DNA of 64,000 nucleotides from Escherichia phage dune: sequence record MN850636.1; one strand, 5' to 3'. Shown piece by piece: positions 1 to 7,937 of this stretch (position 1 is its first letter; each line of letters starts with the position of its first letter). The notes under the pieces were generated by a model. It saw only the letters and a program-made list of their open reading frames with translations, ran no database searches and was not told where the DNA came from. The position numbers and the translations under genes were made by a program.

Positions 1-1405
1 AAGCCTTCTTAACAACCTATACAATCACCTTAACCATCTCTCTATACCCTCTTAGAAGCTCCTATACACCTCTTAATCTCTAGGTTATCTGTGTTACTTA
101 ACAGTAACCCATTATGTCAGCTATGACACCCTCTATAGGTGTTCACTAGGTATTACTAAGCCTCTATATAGACTGTTTTAACAAACTTAACAGGAATATC
201 TTTACAGACCTTATCTCACAAGGTCTAACACGGTACTAACAAGGTATCTTATAAGCCTGTTTCTACCTGTATTTTTAAAAGACTGTATAGGTAATTATTC
301 AGAATCTTAAAATTTTTATAAAATAGGACTATCAAGTCATTTTTTAGGGTCTTTGAAGGAACTGAAAAATATCTGATTAGGATGTATATCTGCTTGGTAG
401 CCCTTAACAGCTCCTTAACACCCCCTTTGCAAAATTTTAAAATATCCTTAACAATCTCTTAACAGTTCTCACATCTTCTTAACAACTCTTCAAAGGTCTT
501 AACAGTTTCTTAACAGAACTAACAAGGCTGTAACAGTTTTCTAACAAGTGCTGAATAGTCTTTACAGATGCTTAACAGATGGCTAACAAGAGCTAACAAG
601 TTAATTTTAAAGAGTTATTTTGTTAAGATAATTAACAAGTTCCTAACAAGTGTTTAATCTTTTTAACAAGCTATTAACATGGTCACTACTCTTTTCTTAT
701 CGTTCCCTTTCCTTTCTTAGTGATTCTTTAAACATACCTCTTAAAAGCTCTGTATAGCTCTGTATAGCCCCTTTTAAGTCTCTTCCTAGTAGTTACCCCT
801 CAACTGTATTGATAGCTCTTTATAGGGCTTTACAGAAGCTTTAAAGGCTATGTCAAAGACTCTTACAAGGCTTTTACGTGGTCTTAACAGAGATTTAACA
901 AGGGGCTAACAAGTTGCTAACAAGTGTCTTAAAAGCATAACTATGTAGGGTTTGTTAAGAAATTGTTAAGAAAATGTTAAGGGGGCTAGCATTTACGTAA
1001 CTTTTAAGCTACTTTTACGTAACTTCATAACCCCCTATAACATACTTTTAAGACACTAACAATAGGATTCGATAGAATCTATCTCATAGTCCTTTTTAGA
1101 TATTCACAAGATAGCTAACGAGATAATAAAGCTTACACCCTTATAAGATTCTTTTAAGTCTCTGGGAAGCTTTATAAAGGGCTTTTTAGGGTGAGTTAAT
1201 GCAATCCCTTAAGTTAGGTTGATAAGGCTGTTATAGAGCTTTATAGAGCGTTTAAACGGTTGCCCTTCCCTTTCGGGTTATGGGCTTATATTTAAGTTGA
1301 TTTGATAAAAGGCTATAGAGTAGACTATAGAGTTATTGCTTTTTAAGGTCTGATAAGATTCTGGAAAGGAAAGGGAAAGGGTTGTATAAGGGATTTGATA
1401 AGACG
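1..1405. repeat. Non-coding repeat-rich region with several motif families (YTAACAR, CTCTATAG tandem pairs, CCCTTTCC/GGAAAGG inverted copies, TTTTARGGTCT)
   Basis: No substantial ORF; tandem pairs at about 750-773, 1218-1245, 1312-1335; TTCCCTTTCCTTTC at 703-718 versus GGAAAGGAAAGGGAAAGGG at 1364-1382. Confidence 0.5.
401..680. repeat. Phased array of about 18 YTAACAR motifs, mostly 10-11 bp centre-to-centre; candidate protein-binding iterons (origin, pac site or enhancer)
   Basis: Hand-located copies at 404,415,448,459,479,499,510,519,530,541,561,572,583,593,632,643,663,674; no ORF of 60 aa or more in 1-1470. Confidence 0.6.
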
Positions 1406-1432
1406 TAAAAAAGCCCCTATGGGAAAGGGGCT
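1406..1432 (-). terminator. Rho-independent terminator ending the leftward early operon
   Basis: Minus-strand reading AGCCCCT-loop-AGGGGCT followed by TTTTT; lies just downstream of the last minus-strand gene (end 1471). Confidence 0.55.
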
Positions 1433-1470
1433 GTAAAGGTATCTGGGGCTATTTAGCCCCGCTGCGTCGA

Positions 1471-1719
1471 TTAGTTGCAACCTTGTTTGTTGTAGTACAG
1501 GGAGACGATTTTTTCTCCCCAATAGTGAAAAGTGTAACCATCTTTAAGAACTTCCTCTTTTGTTTCTTTCCAGAATTCATCAGAGGGGTTGTAGTCACTG
1601 ATGGTCTGGCTGATAAGGCCTTTCACCATTTCAAAGGCGTTATCAGTACCTACAAGGTCAAATTTAACGTCCAGAGAGTAGAAGCCAAATTCGTTAACAG
1701 TTGCGCGGATAGTAGCCAT
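1471..1719 (-). CDS. Hypothetical early protein
   Basis: 82 aa ORF; ATG preceded by GGAG RBS inside the conserved cassette. Confidence 0.55.
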   Translation of the reverse strand: MATIRATVNEFGFYSLDVKFDLVGTDNAFEMVKGLISQTISDYNPSDEFWKETKEEVLKDGYTFHYWGEKIVSLYYNKQGCN

Positions 1720-1798
1720 TTTAGAATCTCCAGTTTAGGAAGTTGATTAAGGGTTTTGTTTAGCGGGGAAGGTCATTCCCTCCCCGTTGATTGACAAT
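1720..1798 (-). promoter_or_regulatory. Intergenic cassette, family A (stem-loop GGGGAAGG..CCCTCCCC at 1765-1785, plus RBS)
   Basis: Near-identical copies at 2330-2400, 2894-2970, 4138-4215; variant with compensatory stem changes at 5002-5075. Confidence 0.6.
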
Positions 1799-2329
1799 TT
1801 ACAGACTTTTGATTGTTTCGTCAATATCTTTTTCAATATCTTTTAAAGTTTTTTCTAAGTTCTTGATATTGAAAGATAAACCTTCTCCCAGTGTCTTAGA
1901 GTAACCGCTAGGTCGATGGTCGTAAAGCTCGATTTCTTCCACTTCGAAGAGACTAACAGTCCAACCGCCTACGCCATAGGCTGAAGCAACAGAGTTTTCA
2001 GGGGCTTTATAGAACTTGTTAAGATTCTGGATAGAACGCTCATAAGCCATTTTATAGCCGTTTAAAAGGTTTTTAACGTGGTTACGAACGTTTTTACACT
2101 CATCTAAGTAAATCTCTAAGAATAACGGCAATAATTCCGCTACAGCTTGCATAAAGTGAGAGACTACAACGGTTGCAACATTACGACGATGTACATAATA
2201 AGCCCCGTTTTCTGACTTAGTGATGGTTGCAAAGTGTACCCCATTGCAGCGAAATTCGTAGGTATCTTTAACAGGCTTAGACATTACAGCATTTGAACGA
2301 ATGTAGTTGATAGCTTGAAATTTGTTCAT
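1799..2329 (-). CDS. Hypothetical early protein
   Basis: 176 aa ORF; AGGAG RBS in cassette. Confidence 0.55.
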   Translation of the reverse strand: MNKFQAINYIRSNAVMSKPVKDTYEFRCNGVHFATITKSENGAYYVHRRNVATVVVSHFMQAVAELLPLFLEIYLDECKNVRNHVKNLLNGYKMAYERSIQNLNKFYKAPENSVASAYGVGGWTVSLFEVEEIELYDHRPSGYSKTLGEGLSFNIKNLEKTLKDIEKDIDETIKSL

Positions 2330-2400
2330 TTTAGAATCTCCTAGTTTAAGGACTTTACTTAGTGGGGAAGGTCATTCCCTCCCCGTTGATTAGTAATTTA
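2330..2400 (-). promoter_or_regulatory. Intergenic cassette, family A (stem-loop 2364-2384)
   Basis: Same sequence as 1741-1798. Confidence 0.6.
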
Positions 2401-2490
2401 CTTGCTTTGATAGCTGATTGCAAGCAATTTTTTAAGCTTATCTATAAAGAATCTTTTAAGTGAATCCCTTTTAGATAAACCCCTCGAACA

Positions 2491-2519
2491 AAGTTACCAA
2501 TGTCAAGGGGTATTGTCAA
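2491..2519 (-). promoter_or_regulatory. Candidate sigma70-type promoter (TTGACA-N17-TAACTT on minus strand)
   Basis: Hexamers read from reverse complement; overlaps a hairpin ACCCCT..AGGGGT. Confidence 0.35.
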
Positions 2520-2551
2520 CACTTTTTTAAAAGTTTTTTGTAAGTTATTGA

Positions 2552-2893
2552 TTAACTGATGAATATTTTTTCAGGCTTTACATAGCTGATACGTTGACTT
2601 TTTAGCAGGTCATCCCAGATTAACGCGGCGATATGTGTATAACCGGATTCACGTAGAAGCTTCATTGTTTTACTTCTCGTTTCAAAACGGCTTGCATAGT
2701 ACTCACTATTCAGAGTTGTTTTCTTCCCTTCGTTGTCTACATGGATAATCTGCATCACTTGAAAGGGGCTTGTGTCCTCGCCTTTGTTCCACTGTTCAAA
2801 GTATTTTAGGCACTGCATAGGCGACATCTTATCACTAACCTGAGTTGACCAAGATGCGCCAGCTTTATCGGTAATTACGGTTACATAAGCCAT
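2552..2893 (-). CDS. Hypothetical early protein
   Basis: 113 aa ORF; cassette with GGAG RBS upstream. Confidence 0.5.
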   Translation of the reverse strand: MAYVTVITDKAGASWSTQVSDKMSPMQCLKYFEQWNKGEDTSPFQVMQIIHVDNEGKKTTLNSEYYASRFETRSKTMKLLRESGYTHIAALIWDDLLKSQRISYVKPEKIFIS

Positions 2894-2970
2894 TTTAGAA
2901 TCTCCAGTTTAGGACTTTACTTAGTGGGGAAGGTCATTCCCTCCCCGTTGATTGACAATTTACAGACTTT
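2894..2970 (-). promoter_or_regulatory. Intergenic cassette, family A (stem-loop 2926-2946)
   Basis: Repeat of 1741-1798. Confidence 0.6.
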
Positions 2971-2982
2971 TATCAGGCTTGT

Positions 2983-3216
2983 CTAGTCTTTTTCAATGAT
3001 AATTTCATATTGACCATCAACACTGTCGAAATAGATTCCTTCTTCATCTTCTGTCTTAAAGTAGCATTGTATATCATCACTGGCGGGATAGTCTTGCCTT
3101 GCTATCTGGCAAACTTGAATAGCATTTTCTTTACTTCCTGTGAACTCCTCAAGCCCTTTAAAGTCACATGAATGGCCATTACAAATAGAAAGGATAAGGT
3201 AAGCGGTTGTAAGCAT
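2983..3216 (-). CDS. Hypothetical small protein
   Basis: 77 aa ORF; weak RBS. Confidence 0.4.
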   Translation of the reverse strand: MLTTAYLILSICNGHSCDFKGLEEFTGSKENAIQVCQIARQDYPASDDIQCYFKTEDEEGIYFDSVDGQYEIIIEKD

Positions 3217-3279
3217 GATTTAAGCCCTTTAAATGGCCCTGTATAGGCCTTAAGTTGGAAATTAGTGTCTTTGTACTAC

Positions 3280-3846
3280 TTAGTCTAAAAAGTCGCTTAG
3301 ATTGCGCTCTGTGAGATTCTCGGTAATTTTATCCAGCAGGTCACAAAACACAGAAGAAGTATCCCCGCTATTCTGTACAATTTTTGCAATACTCAACAAA
3401 TCATCGTCAATATAGCCCAAATTGCGGTTAGTTGTATCAGGTACAAAGAATGGCGCATACATTGCACTAAATTTCGTTGAGTGAATACCGATAATCCAAT
3501 CTTTATCAAAGTAACCGGTAAAGCTGGCGATTTCGCTCATGTTGTCACAAGAATAATCGTCCTCAAGTTCTTCCTCTGGGATATCCATCTCAATTACAAT
3601 CACTTCCTGCGTTTCCATTTGGAAAGCTGCCGTAATAAGCCCCGACTCTAAAGCGTTTTGAATGCAGCGTTCACGGATGTAAGAGACTTCTTCATCTTCC
3701 AGGCATTCCGTCTTGATAATCTTATCCATCGGGTAAACGTAAAAACAATCATCCATGTAAGAGCAGTTCCAGATACCTTCCGGCTTGTCGCCACCTTTAA
3801 GCAGGTTTACAAAGTTTTTCATAGTAGTGCCGTGATAGCATTTCAT
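3280..3846 (-). CDS. Hypothetical strongly acidic early protein (N-terminal CYHGTT motif)
   Basis: 188 aa ORF; AGGAG RBS; D/E-rich central and C-terminal regions. Confidence 0.5.
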   Translation of the reverse strand: MKCYHGTTMKNFVNLLKGGDKPEGIWNCSYMDDCFYVYPMDKIIKTECLEDEEVSYIRERCIQNALESGLITAAFQMETQEVIVIEMDIPEEELEDDYSCDNMSEIASFTGYFDKDWIIGIHSTKFSAMYAPFFVPDTTNRNLGYIDDDLLSIAKIVQNSGDTSSVFCDLLDKITENLTERNLSDFLD

Positions 3847-3933
3847 TTTTGAATCTCCTAGTTTAAGGATTTAGTGGTAAAGCTCTTTATCTGGGGCTTA
3901 CTTTATCGAACTATAAGCCCCTTGTAAAGTACT
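3847..3933 (-). promoter_or_regulatory. Intergenic cassette, family B (stem-loop GGGGCTTA..TAAGCCCC at 3893-3921; TTTACA-N17-TAAAGT in gene sense)
   Basis: Copies at 4658-4728, 5712-5800, 6317-6404, 6663-6748, 7133-7219. Confidence 0.6.
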
Positions 3934-4137
3934 TTATTTGTTATTTTTGACAACTTTTAAGACTGCAAGATACCCTAAGCAATAAGAATCACCGAAGAGA
4001 GTCCTACCCATGAAAGAATCCTCTTTGATATCCTTTGTAGTGACAGTTTTTTCTACGCCGTGGGAAAGGACTATATCGCCAACTTTGATATCTTTGATGT
4101 GTGTAGTTTCAATGTTTAAGCCGTTAATAATAGCCAT
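3934..4137 (-). CDS. Hypothetical small protein
   Basis: 67 aa ORF after family B cassette. Confidence 0.45.
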   Translation of the reverse strand: MAIINGLNIETTHIKDIKVGDIVLSHGVEKTVTTKDIKEDSFMGRTLFGDSYCLGYLAVLKVVKNNK

Positions 4138-4215
4138 TTTAGAATCTCCAGTTTAGGACTTTACTTAGTGGGGAAGGTCATTCCCTCCCCGTTGATGTGT
4201 AATTTAATCTATCTA
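4138..4215 (-). promoter_or_regulatory. Intergenic cassette, family A (stem-loop 4170-4190)
   Basis: Repeat. Confidence 0.6.
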
Positions 4216-4237
4216 AAAACCGGTGTCAACAAAATTT

Positions 4238-4642
4238 TTAGAGTTCTGCATAAATTGCATCACAGACATCACGAAAATCGTGATTTGTCAAATTACGTTG
4301 TAACCAAGTGGCAAAGAAATCAGCGATTGCAAAATTAGCGTCATACTCGACGGATAGCCATACTTTAACAGCAAATCGAAACATTTTTAAATCAAGCTCT
4401 TTATTCATTATCTTTGATTTGCCTAACATGTCAGCCATTTCATATTGTGCGCCGTCTAGCGTGATACCTGATGCAACGTCAGCCAATGATTTTTTTACGT
4501 TTTCAACGTCTAAGATAACGCTTTGAATCTTCCCGATAATGTTGTGCAATGTCTCATCAGGCGCTGATGACGTGATAACATTAATCCGGTTAACGGTCAA
4601 ACGTGCTTTTAAGATTGATAATTCACGGTTATTAATAGCCAT
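4238..4642 (-). CDS. Hypothetical early protein (start moved to ATG at 4642; track start 4657 is TTG)
   Basis: Track N-terminus MENLK is translation of the cassette TTGGAGAACTTAAAAATG, which contains the GGAG RBS. Confidence 0.5.
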   Translation of the reverse strand: MAINNRELSILKARLTVNRINVITSSAPDETLHNIIGKIQSVILDVENVKKSLADVASGITLDGAQYEMADMLGKSKIMNKELDLKMFRFAVKVWLSVEYDANFAIADFFATWLQRNLTNHDFRDVCDAIYAEL

Positions 4643-4657
4643 TTTTAAGTTCTCCAA

Positions 4658-4728
4658 TTTAGGATTTAGTGGTAAAGCTCTTTATCTGGGGCTTACTTTA
4701 TCGAACTATAAGCCCCCTGTAAAGTACT
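4658..4728 (-). promoter_or_regulatory. Intergenic cassette, family B (stem-loop 4687-4715)
   Basis: Repeat. Confidence 0.6.
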
Positions 4729-5001
4729 TTACACTAAATGCAGCTTTTTACCTTTTACTATGATGTAACTCGATGCGCTATTGCTTTGCACATCCTGATA
4801 AATTCTGCGCAAACGGCCTTCGTAGTATACTTTCCAACTGGTTGGAATCTTTTTCCCGTATCCTGTAGCAGTTTTTTGTAGTCCTGCAAGTTGCCAATCT
4901 AAGATATGTTGTTCGGCTTGTAAATCTTCGAAGTGCATTACACCGTTCACATAGTGACGAATGGTTACGTTTAAGGTGCGACCGTTGTTAGTAGTGTACA
5001 T
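4729..5001 (-). CDS. Hypothetical early protein
   Basis: 90 aa ORF; AGGAG RBS. Confidence 0.5.
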   Translation of the reverse strand: MYTTNNGRTLNVTIRHYVNGVMHFEDLQAEQHILDWQLAGLQKTATGYGKKIPTSWKVYYEGRLRRIYQDVQSNSASSYIIVKGKKLHLV

Positions 5002-5075
5002 TTTGAATCTCCTAGTTTAAGGACTTTACTTAGTGGGGAGGTTATTACCTCCCGTTGATTAGTAATTTACTTGTT
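5002..5075 (-). promoter_or_regulatory. Intergenic cassette, family A variant (stem GGAGGT/ACCTCC at 5035-5053)
   Basis: Base changes on both stem arms preserve pairing relative to the other family A copies. Confidence 0.6.
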
Positions 5076-5088
5076 TTAAAAACCAAAA

Positions 5089-5421
5089 TCAAGAGGAATT
5101 TTTTCGTTTGCTCAATTCTTGAACAATTACAGCGTAGTAGTCTTTTAAGTCACTGACATTTAAAGCATTTATCAGAGAATTATAATCATCGACTAACTGA
5201 AAATCATCTTTGAAAATGTCGCTGATTTGATAAGTTTTTGATTGAAATCTGAAGCTCATTTCTAACCGTTTTATTTGTTCATCACTTAAACGCTCCAGAA
5301 AGCTCATTACAAGGCTATTATTGACCTGTTGCGTGATTGCCTTATTTGCTAGATTATAGGCTTTATATGCCTTATATAGCGCGAAAATGGCAAGGATTGC
5401 GGTGATGCCAGTCATTAACAT
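5089..5421 (-). CDS. Hypothetical membrane protein (N-terminal hydrophobic helix)
   Basis: 110 aa ORF; MLMTGITAILAIFALY N-terminus. Confidence 0.45.
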   Translation of the reverse strand: MLMTGITAILAIFALYKAYKAYNLANKAITQQVNNSLVMSFLERLSDEQIKRLEMSFRFQSKTYQISDIFKDDFQLVDDYNSLINALNVSDLKDYYAVIVQELSKRKNSS

Positions 5422-5711
5422 GGTGTTTCCTCTTTACGTGATACTTTGCCATTTACAGTTATCTCATAGGATTCTAATAAGTCACTTTTAGACTTTACTG
5501 GACTTTTAAAAGTATCATCATAAATATTTACTTGCAATACAGGTTTTTTATACTCCCTGCAACTATTCCATAAGCAAATCACTACGCGACGGCCTTTTAT
5601 TTTGCCGTGCAACCATTCCATAACATCATGATTATTTCTTGATGTCTCGATAAAATCAATTTTGTTGAGTAATTTGCTCAGATTTTCACGCACTTGATTT
5701 GATAATTTCAT
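5415..5711 (-). CDS. Hypothetical early protein
   Basis: 98 aa ORF; AGGAG RBS. Confidence 0.45.
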   Translation of the reverse strand: MKLSNQVRENLSKLLNKIDFIETSRNNHDVMEWLHGKIKGRRVVICLWNSCREYKKPVLQVNIYDDTFKSPVKSKSDLLESYEITVNGKVSRKEETPC

Positions 5712-5800
5712 TTTAGAATCTCCTAGTTTAAGGGCTTTATTTGATAAATCTCTTTATCTGGGGCTATCTTACCAGCTTGATAACCCCGTGTAAAGAAATC
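5712..5800 (-). promoter_or_regulatory. Intergenic cassette, family B variant (stem-loop 5760-5787)
   Basis: Repeat with altered loop. Confidence 0.5.
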
Positions 5801-5803
5801 TAT

Positions 5804-6316
5804 TTAGTTCTTAAAGATATTCATCACTGAGTCTTTCAACGATTCCAAACGTTCTAATACTTCAGTTTCTGCGTCTGAATTGTTCACCTCTTCTTTTAGT
5901 CTATCTTCTAAATCCTCACCGTCACTATAGCACCAATCGAAAGCGTAACCAATATAAAAGCTGTCTAAAACCGTTTTACCGTTTGCATCTACAACTTTCG
6001 CGGCAATGTTATACTCTGAAGCTTCTAAATCTCTTTCTAGTTCTTTTTGTAAGCTGATGTAAGCCTCTTTTGATGGATTTTCCCGGCCTTGTTTTGCATA
6101 GTCACTTGAAAGCTGTTTAAGGCTGTAATGCAAAGGGATTGCATATTTAAATGCATTATGCTGATAGTTAGGATTTTTAACAGTCACGCCGCCTTGATGG
6201 TCATCTGTAAACTTCCAATTATCAAGGTTATGGCTTGCTTCGTAGCAATTTACCGCTTCATAGATAATGGTGAATTTTTCTTTTACAACTTCAAAAGTAG
6301 CGTCTACAGTTTTCAT
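5804..6316 (-). CDS. Hypothetical acidic early protein
   Basis: 170 aa ORF; GGAG RBS. Confidence 0.5.
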   Translation of the reverse strand: MKTVDATFEVVKEKFTIIYEAVNCYEASHNLDNWKFTDDHQGGVTVKNPNYQHNAFKYAIPLHYSLKQLSSDYAKQGRENPSKEAYISLQKELERDLEASEYNIAAKVVDANGKTVLDSFYIGYAFDWCYSDGEDLEDRLKEEVNNSDAETEVLERLESLKDSVMNIFKN

Positions 6317-6404
6317 TTTTGAATCTCCAGTTTAGGATTTAGTGGTAAAGCTCTTTATCTGGGGCTTAAGATATCAACTTTTAAACCCCATGTAAAGTAC
6401 TTTA
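6317..6404 (-). promoter_or_regulatory. Intergenic cassette, family B (stem-loop 6361-6389, different loop)
   Basis: Repeat; TTTACA-N17-TATCTT in gene sense. Confidence 0.55.
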
Positions 6405-6662
6405 TCAGATTAAATTGCCAGTTAAAGATAAGTGCATTTTGTAACCTTGTTTAGTGAACACGTTCACTTTACCGAGTGTTTTTACACCTTTAAAAAGGTT
6501 GTTTGAACTGCGTTTTAAAGTTAACTGTTTATCAACCTTCACGCCCCACCTTACAGCAGATTGTTTTCCGTTGTCAACCACTTTTCCGCATAACTTTTTA
6601 GCCATGATACGAGCGTCATCACGAGTCTTTGCGGTAATTACAACGTTTTTGATAATAGCCAT
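6405..6662 (-). CDS. Hypothetical early protein (start moved to ATG at 6662)
   Basis: Same cassette-derived MENLK artefact as at 4657. Confidence 0.5.
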   Translation of the reverse strand: MAIIKNVVITAKTRDDARIMAKKLCGKVVDNGKQSAVRWGVKVDKQLTLKRSSNNLFKGVKTLGKVNVFTKQGYKMHLSLTGNLI

Positions 6663-6748
6663 TTTTAAGTTCTCCAATTTAGGATTTAGTGGTAAAGCTC
6701 TTTATCTGGGGCTTACTTTATCGAACTATAAGCCCCTTGTAAAGTACT
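6663..6748 (-). promoter_or_regulatory. Intergenic cassette, family B (stem-loop 6707-6735)
   Basis: Repeat. Confidence 0.6.
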
Positions 6749-7132
6749 TTATTCGTTAATTTTGAAGATTGTTACATAACCATCGCTCCCGATGATTTGC
6801 GATACCCCAGCTTTTTCTACTTTATAGCCCATATTTTCAAGATGATAAACAGCATCATCATAACCATATGCGCCACCCTGATAACGTCTCTTATCGCATT
6901 TTATCAGGTTTTTACCACGTCCAGCAAGTGCATGTAAAATGGCTTTTTCACTTGAAAGAGTACCATCTAGCATTGTCGCCGTGTAATGGTTGATTTTATT
7001 CCCGTTGATATCATACTTGAAATTAAACGAGTGAACAACAATAATGTTGCCTTTAAAATTCTCATCAAGTGACTTCTCCAGTACTTTGCGAAAGTTGTCT
7101 TTGTTGATGAATTTCGGTGCACGATAAGCCAT
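6749..7132 (-). CDS. Hypothetical early protein
   Basis: 127 aa ORF; AGGAG RBS. Confidence 0.5.
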   Translation of the reverse strand: MAYRAPKFINKDNFRKVLEKSLDENFKGNIIVVHSFNFKYDINGNKINHYTATMLDGTLSSEKAILHALAGRGKNLIKCDKRRYQGGAYGYDDAVYHLENMGYKVEKAGVSQIIGSDGYVTIFKINE

Positions 7133-7219
7133 TTTTGAATCTCCTAGTTTAAGGTTGTTGGTAAAGCTCTTTATCTGGGGCTTACTCTACAGACTTTTAA
7201 GCCCCATGTAAAGTACTTT
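7133..7219 (-). promoter_or_regulatory. Intergenic cassette, family B (stem-loop 7177-7205)
   Basis: Repeat. Confidence 0.6.
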
Positions 7220-7426
7220 TTATTTATCGTAATAGTAAATCGCTGTTTGCCTTGTAAACTTCTTAGTATTTCTTGTAAGGTAGCAATTAGAGTTTATAGC
7301 TGTTTCTACATAGTTGCAATAGTCAGCTTCTGATATTCTAGACCATACGCCACAAATTTGCATGTAAAAGCGTTTTACATTTGTATTAACGTTGGTTGTA
7401 ACCATCAATTCACGACTGTAAAGCAT
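7220..7426 (-). CDS. Hypothetical early protein (start moved to ATG at 7426)
   Basis: AGGAGAATCTAAAAAAATG context; track start 7480 is upstream. Confidence 0.45.
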   Translation of the reverse strand: MLYSRELMVTTNVNTNVKRFYMQICGVWSRISEADYCNYVETAINSNCYLTRNTKKFTRQTAIYYYDK

Positions 7427-7669
7427 TTTTTTAGATTCTCCTAGTTTAAGGTAGTGAGCTTGTCGCCCCGTCTGATGCAAATACTATAAAAACCCGTTCA
7501 AAGAGTCAATAAAAATTTTTAAAATATTTTTGGCAAAAATGGAATGAAACGGGCGCGCACGACTACCACAAAACAGAACTACAATCAAGAATTATTTTTC
7601 AATCCGCTACAAATTTTTCTATTGACTTTTATTTTCAGATGTGGTAGCCTTGTGAGAAATGGCGACAGC

Positions 7670-7892
7670 CCCACCTACACCCACCTACCTGCACAATTCT
7701 AAAATGATTTTTCTTGCCCGACCTGAGCGGGGTCTGCACGTTTTGAAAATGAAAAAGCCCTTTGGAGATTACCTGCACAGTTTGAAAATGAATTTTCTCT
7801 TTGGAGTTCAAAATTTTCTCTACAGATTTCTATACAGAACTCTACCTGCACAATCCTGAAATAAAAAAGCCCTCCTTACCTGAAAAATTTAC
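7670..7892. repeat. Four direct repeats of about 27 bp (YACCTGCACARTTYKAAAATGA-like) plus CACCTAC mini-repeats
   Basis: Copies at about 7686-7713, 7732-7757, 7770-7797, 7844-7871. Confidence 0.55.
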
Positions 7893-7937
7893 CAGATAAG
7901 AAAGGCTTAGTCTATTGTGAATATTCTACAGAGTTTC

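Noticed and set aside
1483-1746. 87 aa plus-strand ORF antisense to the first early gene
   Set aside because: Overlaps a cassette-served minus-strand gene; no independent support.
7659-7859. 66 aa plus-strand ORF in the direct-repeat region
   Set aside because: Composed of the repeated motif, no RBS, opposite in orientation to all neighbouring genes.
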